DNA of 62,992 nt from Salpingoeca rosetta (GCA_033442325.1 JAWQFM010000018.1:1285580-1348571); one strand, 5' to 3'. Counted from the stretch's first letter, positions 27,804-49,831 are shown. Translations and numbers: made by a program. Notes: generated by a model from the sequence alone, not told the origin.

Positions 27804-30300
27804 GACGTGTCCAGGGCCAAATCGACGGAGTTGACGGAGGAGATCAACAAGCTGCAGAAGGAGCTTGAGCAGCTGCAGCGGGACCACACGAGTTATACCA
27901 CATACGAGAAGAAGGCCGAGGCGCTCGCCAAGGAGATACAGGCGCTCTCCGGCCAGCTCGCAGACCTCAACGCCCTCGCCAACAACCTCAACGACAACGT
28001 CGATATTGACGACGTGAGCGGGAGGCACCTGCTGTGCTGTTGTTGAAATGGCGCTGTGCTATTGGCGCGTGGTCTTTGACGCATGTACGAGCAGCAATAG
28101 GTGTCATTGCGGCGTTGTGTCAGTGTGGTGTAGTCACTCGATCTCTCTTAACTGTGTCGCACTACATGGACCTGCTTTCTTGCTTCCTTAATTGCATCAA
28201 CCAAACCTATGACCACCACCACCACCACTGCTGCTGCTGCAGGTTCGTGCTGATGTGGATGAGATCCGTGCGCGAAACGACCGCGATGCAGCGGAGGTCG
28301 ACAACATCTTCTCAGACAGAAACAGGTGCGGTGGCGGTGATGGTGATGGTGGTGTGCACATGAGTTGTGCACGTGTGTATGTGGGCTGTGTTGTGCCCTT
28401 GTGCTGTGTGCGCGCGCGTGCGTGTTGAGGCATGTGTCGTGCATGTGTGTTGTGTTGTGCACAACACAATACACACACACACGTGCACATATGTACGTGC
28501 ATGCATGTGCGTACATGTGTGTGCCCCTCTATCCTGTGTTGAGGATCCCTCTCTCCGTCTCTCACGCGTTCCATCGACCTCGCATGTGCATCCATCCACC
28601 AGAGTTGAATCCCGCATCAAGGAGATTGAGGCGGAGATTGAGTCTGAAAAGCGCCGCACCGAAAACATCGTCACAGAGGTCCACAGATGTGCCATGATGG
28701 ATGCCGTTGCCCCGACACACATGGTGTCAACTTGCACGCGCACGCGTTCCAAATGCTGTTCATGTCATCTCATCCACGCCTGTGTGCATGTGGTGTGTGT
28801 GGTGTGTGTGCATGTGTGTGCATGTGCATGTGTGTGTGTGCTGGTGTGTGTGTGTGTGTGTGTGCTGGTGTGTGTGTGTGTGTATGTGTGCAGATGGAGC
28901 CGGACCAGCGACGCGAGTACGATGCATTGCACGAGGAAGCGGAAACGCTACAAAAGGTGCGCAGTAGCAGTGGTGATTTGTACGGTCACACACGCACACT
29001 ATCAAGTTGCGTATCGTGGCACTGAGCTCAAACAGCACAACTCCAGCTCATGCGACACACACACACACACACACACACACAACAACAACACACACACACA
29101 CACGCATACACACACACGCGCACACACACGCACACACACACACACAACACAACGCACACACACACACACACAACACACAACACAACACAACACAACACAA
29201 CGCACACACACGCACACACCGTCCACCACGGCTGCAGACGATTGAGACGCAGCAGTCGTCGCTGGACGAGTTGACGGCAGCGGCGGATGCACTGCAGCGC
29301 GAACTCGAGGCAAACCCGGTCAAGCGCGAAGCAGGTGCAGTCGTCGTCATCGTGGCGGTCTTGTTGGTTGGTGGTGGGGCGTGCGTTGTGTTGCAGGCGA
29401 AGAAGCACTTGTAGTACACCTTATTACAACCATCACCATTATCACCACCACTAACTCCCCCTCCCCTTTTGACCACCACCACCCTTCACCACCTTCACCA
29501 CCACCACCACCACCGCCAATGCCTTGCCACCAGCCGCGTTGCTTGACCAGATTGCGGCGCTTCGGAGCAAGCACGCCAAGGTGAAGGAGCAAACGGAGAA
29601 GGAGGCGCTCCTGTCGCCAGAGAAGCTGAAGGAGCAGCTGCTGGCGCAGGTCAAGGCCGACAACCAGGAGATCAGCGGCATGGAGCGCAAGTCCGTTGCC
29701 CTCTTGCGATCATCGTGGTGGTGGTGATTGTGGTGAGGGATGAAAGGTGGTGGTGGTGGATTTGCTGTTTGCCGCATGCCAGTGACAACACCTTTTTCGT
29801 GCGTGTGCGCGCGTGCATCTGTACGCCAGGATTGCGAATGTGCAGCAGCGGATCAACGAGATCAGCTCGGACGTGGCCGATCTCGACGCCGCCGAGGACG
29901 AGGAGGACGGTTCGTTAGGGGTGGGGGGCATGTGGTGCAGTGTGTGGTGTGGTGTGGTGCAGCGTGGTGCAGCGTGGTGTAGTGTGTGGTGTGGTGTGTG
30001 GTGTGGTGTGGTGCAGTGTGGTGTAGTGAGTGGTGTGGTGTGTGGTGTAGTGTGTGGTGTGGTGTATGTTGTCATCGTTGTTGCACGTCGACCTGTTACA
30101 GATGCACCACCGTCCACGTGACGCATGCAACAACGGTGCTCATTCTGAGGTCCACGATGCACACCTCCTGCTGGTGTGCATATGTGCGCGTATGTATGCG
30201 TGCGTGTGCAGATGAGAAGCGGCAGAAGTATCTGCAGCTCGTCAAACACGAGCAGGAGATGGACACGTTCCTGCTGTCCTTCGACTCAACCTACGATGAG
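26792..30300 (+). CDS. IFT74: Intraflagellar transport protein 74, apparently lacking the C-terminal ~200 aa in this assembly; start uncertain (gap)
   Basis: Basic N-terminus RPTTGMR...GTAR repeats, then [76 protein letters not shown] and [16 protein letters not shown]. About 385 aa recoverable. Confidence 0.88.
27023..27122. other. Assembly gap (100 N)
   Basis: N run. Confidence 0.99.
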
Positions 30301-30534
30301 GTCCGTGACCGCCACCACCACCTTTGTTGTCAGCCATGCGTGAACATGGCACCGAAGACTTGCGGGGCAGTGAGTGTTGTTGAAGGGAAGCAACCCCACC
30401 ATCACCACCAACACCACCACCGCATACAAGCGTGTCGTGCCTTGCACCTTCACACACACAAGCAGAAGCATGTGCACGCAATAACACAACCTTACAACAA
30501 TCCAACACACACACACACACGCACACACACACAC

Positions 30535-30610
<76 letters not shown>

Positions 30611-30927
30611 GCATGCACATACCCTGATTCTGACGTGTGTCAACCTCCCTCCTTTCCCCGAAGCCGAAGCCGGGCCCGTTCTGATGGGGATGCGCCTGCC
30701 GCTCGCGGGCGTGTGTTCGTCTGTTCGTCTGCACTGTCCGAGTGCGGTTGATGTTGATTTCAACTTGCGTGCTGTTTTGCTTCGCAACGCAGATAAATGG
30801 GTTTACTCACAACGAAGCGTCAATCAAACACAGACACACATACAGGCAGAAACACAACAACACACACAGACACAGACACAAACACACTCATACACGACAA
30901 AAAGCACAATCCTTTTCCTGGTGTTGA

Positions 30928-32439
30928 TTACTTTGGGCCCAATTTCTTCTTTGTCTTCTTCTTCTTCTTCTTTGGCGTGTCCTGTGCTGTCTTGCTCCTC
31001 TTCGCCGCGTTATCATCACCACCATCCCCATCGCTATCGGTGTGTTGCCTCTTCTCTGCTGCTGCTGCCTTTTTCTTCGGCGTCTTTGTCTTCTTCCCTG
31101 CCGGCGTGGCTGCTGCTGATTTGCTCTGTGTCTTCTTCGTCTTCCCCTGCTTTGCTGGTGTGTCTGCCTCCTTCTTCACCTTCTTTGCTGGCTTGCCTTT
31201 GCTCTGTGCCGATACGGCTGCCGGCTTGGTGGAGAGGGACGCTGTTGCGTGGATGGTGGCCGAGTGCTCAAACTTGGGGCGCTCTGGGATGGGCGGCAGC
31301 ACCGGTGTGAGCACGTCCAGCGGCGCCGACAGCGACACCTGCCCGCTGAAGTCGTGGCTCAGCTTCAGCTTGTTGCGCTTCACACTCGGCAGCAGCGGGT
31401 GGAACTGGCTCGAGCTGTCGCCTGTCTCGCCCTGCGTGTTGTCAGGTGTGCGTGTTGTGATGTGTGGTGTGTGGGCGTTTGTGTTCGTGTCAGCGTGTCA
31501 GTATGCGTGGGCGTGTTGTGATGCGTGTGTGTTGTGATGAGTGTGTGCGTGTGTGATGAGTGTGTGATGAGTGTGTGTGTGTATGTGCAAGTGTGCAAGC
31601 GTGTCAGTGTGCGTTGCCATGGCAAGAAGATGTGCAAAGACCCGAGCAAGCACACAAGCCCACGCATCAAAGTCCCTCCCATAATCCACGCAACCGGCAA
31701 GCTTGTGCACTCACAGCCGGCGTGACGGAGACGGCGTACTTTTGCTTGCGAATCTATCACATGTGTGTGTGTGTGCGTTGGGGGAGGAGGACCAGTCAAG
31801 AATGATAGTGTATCAAGCCCCACATACATGTCAGTCAAACTGCCACATGCAATCACGCGAAACACAGCACGAACGCAGAAGCCGGAGACCCAGCTCACTC
31901 ACCATGACATTGGAGTTTCCAGGGTTGAGGTTGATGCTGACGCCATTCAAATCGGATGCCTTCAGCTGCAGTGAAGCAGGCACGAACGACAGAAGCATCA
32001 CAGGGCGAGGAAGACACGAGATACCAGCGTGAGGGACATTGTGTTGTTGGGGAACAAACCACACCCGACATGCACGCAATGTGGTGAAGACGGCCAATCA
32101 CACTGCATGTATACTCAACGAAGCAAGGTACCCACGGGACCACACACAGGGATAGTATCATGCACAATCCCCCCCACACACCCGAACAACATGATGCGAA
32201 CATCCACACACGTAAACAAACAACATCATGCACACACACTCACGCACACTCACGCACACACACATTCACACACACACACACACACACGCAATGGCACACA
32301 CCGTCTTTGGGAGCCGAACGAGCCAGAGCTGGTCGCCTGTGCCAATGTCGTCATGTTTGAGGGCCGCATATCTGACATGATCCTTGAACGGGGTCACGTC
32401 AAACCCTTGCTTCTTCGCCTTGCTCTTGGGTACAGACAT
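30928..32439 (-). CDS. RNA polymerase I subunit RPA34/PAF49-like (4 exons, Lys-rich tail)
   Basis: MSVPKSKAKKQGF...DQLWLVRLPKT / LKASDLNGVSINLNPG.. / IRKQKYAVSVTPA / ..PLLPSVKRNKLKL..FSGQV..PPIPERP.. plus a K-rich C-terminus. Resembles the RPA34.5 LWLIxxP..NG pattern. Confidence 0.68.
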
Positions 32440-32619
32440 TGTCGTGCCTGCGCCTGCTGCTTCGTTTGCTTCGGGTGTCTGCGCTTGTGCTGATATCCAC
32501 GTGATTTGTGTCGCTTGTCGCTTCTGCCTTCTTCTCGCCTGCGAAAGAAATTTTGCTATGCCGCTGGGCCGCCATCACTTTTATATAAGCAATTTCTGCC
32601 ATATGAAACATCAAGAGTT

Positions 32620-32693
32620 GTTTCCGTGGTGTAGTTGGCTATCACATCAGTCTAACACACTGAAGGTCTCCGGTTCGAGCCCGGACGGAAACA
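32620..32693 (+). tRNA. tRNA-Val(AAC)
   Basis: Full cloverleaf GTTTCCG..TCAGT CT AAC AC ACTGA..TCCGG TTCGAGC CCGGA CGGAAAC A; oligo-T terminator downstream. Confidence 0.96.
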
Positions 32694-32810
32694 CACTCGA
32701 TCCATTTTTTGCGGTGCGCCTTGTTGGGGACTGTTTTTTTTTTTTTCTGCTTGCGTCTCTCGGGTCGTTTTGAAGTCTGGAAAATCCAACCGCCGTAATC
32801 AGCAAAATGC

Positions 32811-32884
32811 GTTTCCGTGGTGTAGTTGGCTATCACATCAGTCTAACACACTGAAGGTCTCCGGTTCGAGCCCGGACGGAAACA
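32811..32884 (+). tRNA. tRNA-Val(AAC), identical second copy
   Basis: Identical to 32620-32693; followed by an oligo-T run. Confidence 0.96.
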
Positions 32885-33040
32885 CACCTTCATTTTTTTT
32901 ACATTAGTCCATCACACACAGTGCACGCCGCTGCGTTTGCTTTGCTTCTTGTCTGTTACAGCAGCAAAGAGCATTCACATCAAGCCAGCAAGCGAGCAAA
33001 AGCAAGCACACAGACACCCACCCCCACACAAAGCGCAGGG

Positions 33041-39160
<6,120 letters not shown>

Positions 39161-40165
39161 CTGATGTGAACACACCACCACCACCACCACCACCACCACC
39201 ACCACCAGCACCATTGCTGTGTTGCCGCGTGTCGTGTTTTGTGTGTTGTATTGGCTACTTGCAGCAGTAAACAGAAGGAAGACAACATGAAAGGAGGCAA
39301 GGGGGGTCAATTGGCACAGCAGCAACAACACGTGTGTGCTCATCACGCACAGAATAAGACGAGAAAGGAACAACCCCACAGCACGGCACATGTGGTGACT
39401 GTTCATCGTTCCAACTAAGCAACGGACATGCACACACCGCCATAGCCTCAACACCTCCCACGACAGCCAGCCATGCACCGGGCAATGCACCCACCAAACG
39501 TTGCTGTTGGGCACCAGATGAACGCATGATGAGAGCGCAAGGCACCACCAACACCACCGACAGGGGCTTAATAGACAGGAGCAGAGGAAGACACCGGAAC
39601 CAAACAGCGAGACACAACACCATTTTGAAGCAACATAGCAGTGGTGGTTGCAACAGGAAAGTCGAAGGTGCAAGTGTGGGCCAAAAGCGGTGTGGTAGGG
39701 GCGATGACGATTAACACGCACGTGCATAAGAACACAATCACAACACACACACACACATGCACACGCACGCAAGAGTGGCAAACGTCATGCAAGCAATCAG
39801 CAAGGCAGGGGCGAAGCACGAAGAAATGAAACACAAGGGGCCCAGTATGTATTCGACCAAAGCGAAAGGAGCGAAGACGAGACATAAAGACAACAGGCAA
39901 CAGCAGGAAGGGAGGAAGGTTATAGGCGCATGGTGGCTGGAATGTGGATGAGCGAGGTAGGTGTGCTACATCTTGCAATCACCGATATCTGGAAACACAG
40001 CCAACAATGGCTAGCAGTTTGATGTCGCCCACAGCCTCGCGTTTGCTCTCCTCTGCCGCAGCCCGATCCGTGACAACCTAAAGTGGTGCGTCATGCGAAT
40101 GGCAGCGTGAGCCGTGAGGTGGCAGATGACAAAGCAACATGCGGCAGTTCCTTCATCAAAGTGCC

Positions 40166-42503
40166 TCATGGCAAGCTACCCGAAAGCAAGGCATCCGAGC
40201 CAACCTTGCGGCGTGCGGGCGGGACGGCCTTCCCCTTTGGCAGCGGCTGCATCGCCAGGGCGAGGCTGCGAGCATGGAACTTCATCCCCGTCCTGTAATG
40301 GCGCAAGGGGAGCAGAAGGGGGGGGGGGGTTGGTGGTGAGGGACGAGCGTGGTGAGGGACGAGCGTGGTGAGGGACGAGCGTGGTTGCAATGGGTGCAGC
40401 TGGTGTCGCGATGCAAGCATGACACACGCACGCGTGCGCAAACGAAAGACAAGGGCCAACGAGACAAATGAAACAAGCGCAACACAAACGACCAACAAAT
40501 CAAACGAAAGGCAAGGGGGAACGAAGACACACACAGACATACACAGACATACACACACATGCGTACAAACACACACACAGACAGACAGGCAGACAGACAC
40601 ACACACACACACATGCACACGCACGTTGATGAGGAGAGGCCGACTGCTGCGAGGATTCCGGAAGCGCGTGTCGCCTCGGCCTCCTTCTTTAATCGCTCCT
40701 TCTCCTCCACCTCCCGCTGCTGCGCTTCACTCATGCGCACAGCAAGATCTTGCATCAGTTCCCCTGGTGGTGGTAATGACGGTGACAAGTCGGAGATGGT
40801 GGCGTGTGAGCAAGAAAGCGGCGTGTACGTGGCGACGGCGCAGGGCATGGCAGTCTTGGGGGTCACTCGACACAGAAAACTTAACAAACACACACACACA
40901 CACAAAACCTAAACAAACACACATTCACACACACACACACAAAACCTAAACAAACACACATACACACACACGCACGCAGCGGGGGACGTACGTTGTGATT
41001 CGAGGGCTGTCTCAGCCTGTTGAAGGGCGAGGCTTGCGTCACGCTCCAGCTCGCGCGCGTTCTTGAGTTTTGCCTCACACCTCTTCACCTCGCCGGCGTG
41101 TCCGTCCAGCTGTGCCTCGGCCTCCTTGCGCTGCTGCACGACTGTCTCCAGCGAGGACACGGTCTTGTCGAGCTGCGCCTGCATTTCAGCGATCTTGCGC
41201 TCCGCCGCCGCGCGCTTCTCCCGCTTCTCGCGCTGGCGCTTTTCCTCCTCAGCCTGTACACACACACGCACACAGTAGGAGCAGCCATAGCAGGGGCAGC
41301 AGCATGACAGCACGCAGATCAGTGAGTGTGCGACACAAAGGAGTAGGAGGAAGACGGACGCGCAAGACGATGAATTGCTGTGATGGCAGTACCACGAGCA
41401 CCAGCACCAGCACTGGCACCACTGTGGTGAGGTTGTGCGCATACCGCTGCCTCGTCGTTTGCGTAGAGCTGGCCTGCGTTTGCGTCGGCCGTCACGCCTG
41501 CTGCGTTGCCCAGCACCTCCTGGTTGAAGTACTGCTGCTGCCCGGCCATCTGCTGCCGCCGCTTCTGCTCCTCCGCGTCCACCACAGCCTGGTTGCCGTA
41601 TGTCGACTGCCCCGGCAGCGCGTCGTTGTCGTACATGCCCTGCCCGGCCGTCCCCGCTGTTGTTGCCACGGGCGCACCGTACATGTCGCCAGCATCTGCC
41701 GGCGCAGGTGTGTTGTCCTCCTCTGCATCCTCGTACAACAGCTGCTGTTGTGCAATGGGCACGTGCTTCATCACGCTGTACTCGTTTGCGGGCTGCTCCC
41801 CTGCATCGTCGTCGTCGTCCTCCTCCTTGCGCTGCACCTTCTTCAGCTTGACGTGTCCAAACGGGTTGGCTGGTGGCTGCGACGACGACGCTGCTGCCGT
41901 CGGCTGCACAGGCGCCCCATACACGTCGTTCGGGTTCATTGGCCCGCCGTTCACGGGGCTGCCGTACGGGTTGTTGTCCTGCGCTGCACCGCCCTTTGCA
42001 GGCAGCATCTGTCCATACACGTCCTCCGACCCTTGCTGTTGCTGCTGCTGCTGCTGGGCTGTTGGTTGACTCTTTGGCGTGATGGGCGCCGACAGCTGTC
42101 CGTATGCACGTGCCTCCTTGGCCTGGAGAACCGCAGAGGGGGGGGGGGTGAGTGGAGGGAATGATAAGGGCGTGGTCATGGATGGGGAGGAGGACAAGAT
42201 GGGTGGTGGAAAACAAGTTTTGCTTCGAAGTGGGGCATGACAGCGTCGCCAACGCAAACACACACACACGCACACACACATGCACAAATGCACATGTGCG
42301 CACCTCTGGGACTTCTTCGTAGAGATCGCCCGTGATGCCGTCCTCGTCTGTCGCTGCAGACTGCTGTTTGATCGCCCGCTCAAACGCTGCAGGAGAAAGG
42401 GGGTGGGATGGTGGTCATAGATTGGAGCAAGGTGGTGGGATGAGGGCGGGGGGGGATGAGGTGGGGTGCAAGCAGCCGACTAAGAAGGCCCAAATACACT
42501 CCT

Positions 42504-42551
<48 letters not shown>

Positions 42552-44209
42552 AAGCAAACACACACACAACAGCAAACACACACACAACAGCAAACACAGA
42601 CCTTCTCTGTCGAATATGACGGCAGCGCTCTTTGCCTTGTCTGAGAGCGCCATGGTTGCCTCGACAAACTCGGCATAGAGGCTGCAGCCGGCGTGGGCGA
42701 GCTCAAACTGCTGCGGGTGCTGCACCAGCGCCACGCGGTCCTTGCGGATCGCCCGCACAATCTCCACGAGGTCGCACGCCTTGTTTGCCTCCAGCAGCTG
42801 GCACGCCATGTCCAGCGCAATGAGCGTCCCCGACCGTCCAACACCGGCGCTGCAGTGCGTCAACAGCGGGCCCCCGACAGACAGCTGCTGCTCAGACCTG
42901 TTAGCGCACATGAACGTGAGCATGTGTTGGGTTAGGGGGAGACGTGCGTGAATGTGTGTGTGTGAGTGTGTGTGTGTAGTTGTATGTGACAGAGTGTATG
43001 TGTGTGTGTGTGTGTGAGTTTGTCCAGTCGTGCTGGTGCCAATCATGCGCGCGGGCACTTTGAGCCTGAACGCACCCCAATCCACGTGCATGTACGCATA
43101 GTTCACCTGTGTGCGTCGCGAATGAGGTAGAGGAGATTTGTTGCATCGGGTTTGCCGTCCTCTGTCCGCGGCACGCCGTGGTCAGGCTGAACAGCAGCAG
43201 CAGCAGGGTGGAGAACAAGCATGAGAAAAGTGGAAAAGAGGGGGGAGCTGGCGACGCGGGGAGTGGTGCGCGTTGTCACAAGCAACAACAAGGACCAATG
43301 ACTAACAAGCACAAACCGTTCAGCCACACGATGGGACACGCATGCATACAAACTCACAAACTCACAGACACGCATGCATACAAACTCACAAACTCACAAA
43401 CTCACACACGCACACTCACACAAACTCACAAACTCACACACGCACGCACACACACACACACACACACTCACTCGCACACTGACATACTGACAAATACCCA
43501 CACCCACAAACACAACTCACAGACACACTCAATCACAACACGCGAGACGTACCCAGGAGTGGTACCAGAGATGCATGACTTTTCTGGTCTGGCCGCTGGT
43601 GTGTTGGATCTCAAGCAAGGTGCGAAGGTAGCCCTTGCCCTCACTGACGGCGACGGTGCGCACAAACATGTCTGCCACCTTCACCTTCTGACCGGGCTTC
43701 GGGGCCCAGTAGCGCTCACACTTTTTGACGCCCTTCTCCACAAGGCCCGTGACCATGGCAATGCAGGTGACCTTCTCCTGCCAGATCATGCGCCACCAGT
43801 TCTTGAGGGTCGCTGGCAGAGGACCCATGGCGCAGATGTAGTACTTTGGATTGCCATCCGCGCCGCGCACGTAGTTGGCGTTGACGTATGTGGTGGCCTC
43901 GTCGCCGTTCACCATGGGCAGCACAACGCGCGTGCGGGGATCAGGGAGCACGTCCATGTGCCTGTTGAAGCGCTTGTTGCGGACCACCTCTGGAATCACG
44001 TCGCGCGGCTGCACGTTTTGGCTGAGGCCCTGGAACCCTGGCATGTCGAGCGGGGTCATGGTCCACGAGCCGCGGTCGCGCACCTCGTCCTCGTTCAGGA
44101 AGTCGGCGCCCTTGCGCTCCGGCAGGTGCATTTGAACGGAGGACATGGAGGAGAGCGACGCCAGGGAAGATGTGCTTCCCGTGCGCTTCAGTGACTTTTT
44201 CCGGCCCAT
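40166..44209 (-). CDS. Classical protein-tyrosine phosphatase (N-terminal PTP domain) with a Tyr-motif-rich region and C-terminal coiled coil
   Basis: YVNANYV, YICAMGPLPAT..WWRMIWQE, KCERYW, W/PDHGVP, HCSAGVGRSG and RVALVQHPQQF; downstream exons are phase-consistent to ...GSLP* at 40166. Probable 5' UTR exon ends near 44597. Confidence 0.9.
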
Positions 44210-44460
44210 CCTGGCAGTCTGGGGGTTGTCAACGTCGAGGTGCGTGCGTGCACGATGAATGCAAAGGTGGTGGTGGTGGTGAGGGTGGTGGTGGTGAGGG
44301 TGGTGGTGGTGAGGGTGGAGGAACGGAGGAAGTTTGCTGTGCAGCACATGTTTTGATGTCAGCCATTCAACACTGCAGCCATCAACGAACACAACAGAGC
44401 AGATGGCCACAGCACAACAACTACACAACAACAGCACACAGACACACCACACGTGCACGA

Positions 44461-44519
<59 letters not shown>

Positions 44520-44523
44520 CAAC

Positions 44524-44587
<64 letters not shown>

Positions 44588-45019
44588 CAAGCTCACCTTC
44601 ACTGGCTTGTGCTCGCTCGCTGGCTAGCTTGGTCTGGGTGGGCGATGATGGGCGATGATACAACAACACGACAGCAAGCGAGCAAGCAACAACAATCTCG
44701 TCTGGGTTGTTGTTTTGTTGTTTGTTGTTGTTCGTGGGAGGGGGGCGGCGGTATTTTGATGTTTGTTGTGGGTGTTGATGCAGCTGCGGATAAGTTGCTG
44801 AAAACCTCCATAATTTTCCGCCACTCTCCATAACCTGAACTGGGTAATTGACCTGCCCAGTTTGGGTGCTGGTGACTGAGGTCAGTCGACTCAATGTAAG
44901 ACTGAACTGAGTCGCGGTACACAACCACACACACACACACACACACACACGACAACAAACAACAACCAAGAAAACCAACAACAAGCAAGAACAGCACCCA
45001 TCACCACCACACCACCGCG

Positions 45020-48223
<3,204 letters not shown>

Positions 48224-48235
48224 ACATCAAGAACT

Positions 48236-48309
48236 GTTTCCGTGGTGTAGTTGGCTATCACATCAGTCTCACACACTGAAGGTCTCCGGTTCGAGCCCGG
48301 ACAGAAACA
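48236..48309 (+). tRNA. tRNA-Val(CAC), with a C6-A67 acceptor-stem mismatch
   Basis: Same body as the AAC genes except anticodon CAC and 3' strand CAGAAAC; T8 terminator follows. Confidence 0.9.
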
Positions 48310-48373
48310 CACCATTTTTTTTGGCCCTGCTTTGTGTTTTGCGAAGCAAACGCGTGCACCAGCAGCATCATCC

Positions 48374-49645
48374 ATGTCGCGACAACAGCTCCACCTTCAC
48401 CTGCTGACGCTGCTGACGGCCACGGTCGTTGCAGCAGCGGTGGTGCTTGTGGGATGGGGTGGCAGCGTGTGCAGTGCCAAGGCTGTGCTGGTGGAGGACG
48501 GCGCCACGGGTGCCCTGCACATCAACACAAGCGACCCGACTCAGAGCCCCGTGTTTGTGAATGGAATGGACGTGATGAAGCTGTACGAGCTGGTGCAACA
48601 GCAGCAGAGCATGATTGAGGCCGGGAACGAGGTGAACCAGGCGCAGCAGCAGACGCTCGCAGCCCTGCGTGCCCGCGTGTGCCATCCCCGCATGAACCTC
48701 ACCGCCATCACAGGGGTGGGCACTGGCACGTACAAGTGGGTCGGAAGCGTGCTTGCTCCCAACGGGCTCATCTACGCCATCCCGCACGGCGCCACGGCCG
48801 TCCTCATCATCGACCCAGCGACAAACACAGCAGACACCACGACCATCACAGACCTCGGGCCCGGCTACAAGTGGGCGGGCGGCGTGCTGGCCGATAACGG
48901 GCGCATCTACGCCTTTCCCAACGACGCCACCTCCGTCCTCGTCATCGACCCGGCCACCAACGCCACCGACACCACGCTGGGATCCTTTTCGCCCGGCATG
49001 AGCCTGTGGAACAGCGGCGTGCTTGCGCCAAACGGACTCATCTACGGCATCCCCAGGCACAACGACTCTGCCCTCATCATCGATCCAGCCAACAACACAA
49101 CCGACATCACCACCATCACGGGACTTGGCACTGAGAGCAACAAGTGGTTTGGCGGCGCGGTGGCCAGCAACGGGCGCATCTACGCCTGCCCCATGGCCGC
49201 AGACGCAGTGCTCATCATCGACCCGGCCACCAACACCGCCGACACAACCAGCATCACGGGGCTCGGCGACGGCCTCAAGTGGACCGGCACCGTGCTCGCG
49301 CCCAACGGCTACATCTACGGCATCCCGCGCGCCGCGTCATCCGTGCTCATCGTGGACCCCAGCAGCAACACGGCAGACACGACCACCATCAGCGGGCTGC
49401 CCAGCGGCGACCGCAAGTGGTTTGGCGGCGTCCTCGCGCCCAACGGTAACGTCGTGGGCATCCCAAACTACGCCACGTCCGTGCTGTTTGTGGATCCCAC
49501 CACCGACACTGCAGACACCACGTCGCTGGGCGGGCTGCCAACAGGCGGCAACCTCTGGATTGGTGGCGCCGTGGCACCAAATGGACTCATCTACGCCACG
49601 CCCTACTTTGCAGACGCCGTCCTCATCATCGACTCAGACTGCTGA
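48374..49645 (+). CDS. Intronless secreted protein: short beta module + coiled coil + seven ~45-aa repeats (predicted 7-blade beta-propeller)
   Basis: Signal/TM segment, then seven repeats of consensus KWxGGVLAPNGxIYxIPxxAxxVLIIDPATNTADTTxIxGL; single 1.27 kb ORF. Confidence 0.85.
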   Translation: MSRQQLHLHLLTLLTATVVAAAVVLVGWGGSVCSAKAVLVEDGATGALHINTSDPTQSPVFVNGMDVMKLYELVQQQQSMIEAGNEVNQAQQQTLAALRARVCHPRMNLTAITGVGTGTYKWVGSVLAPNGLIYAIPHGATAVLIIDPATNTADTTTITDLGPGYKWAGGVLADNGRIYAFPNDATSVLVIDPATNATDTTLGSFSPGMSLWNSGVLAPNGLIYGIPRHNDSALIIDPANNTTDITTITGLGTESNKWFGGAVASNGRIYACPMAADAVLIIDPATNTADTTSITGLGDGLKWTGTVLAPNGYIYGIPRAASSVLIVDPSSNTADTTTISGLPSGDRKWFGGVLAPNGNVVGIPNYATSVLFVDPTTDTADTTSLGGLPTGGNLWIGGAVAPNGLIYATPYFADAVLIIDSDC

Positions 49646-49783
49646 TTGATGACGGCAGATTGCTGTTGGCTTGAGGGTGGGCAGGGGGCTGTGTTGGAAG
49701 ATTGGGGGGGGGGGAAGAGAGTGTTGCGAGTGTGGTCGTGATTTGCTCTGGTTACTTTGAGGCTTGACACTCGCTTGCTTAGG

Positions 49784-49831
<48 letters not shown>

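Noticed and set aside
31613-31626. Near-perfect RFX X-box GTTGCCATGGCAAG
   Set aside because: It lies in an intron of the RPA34-like gene, far from the IFT74 start; a single match is not evidence of function.
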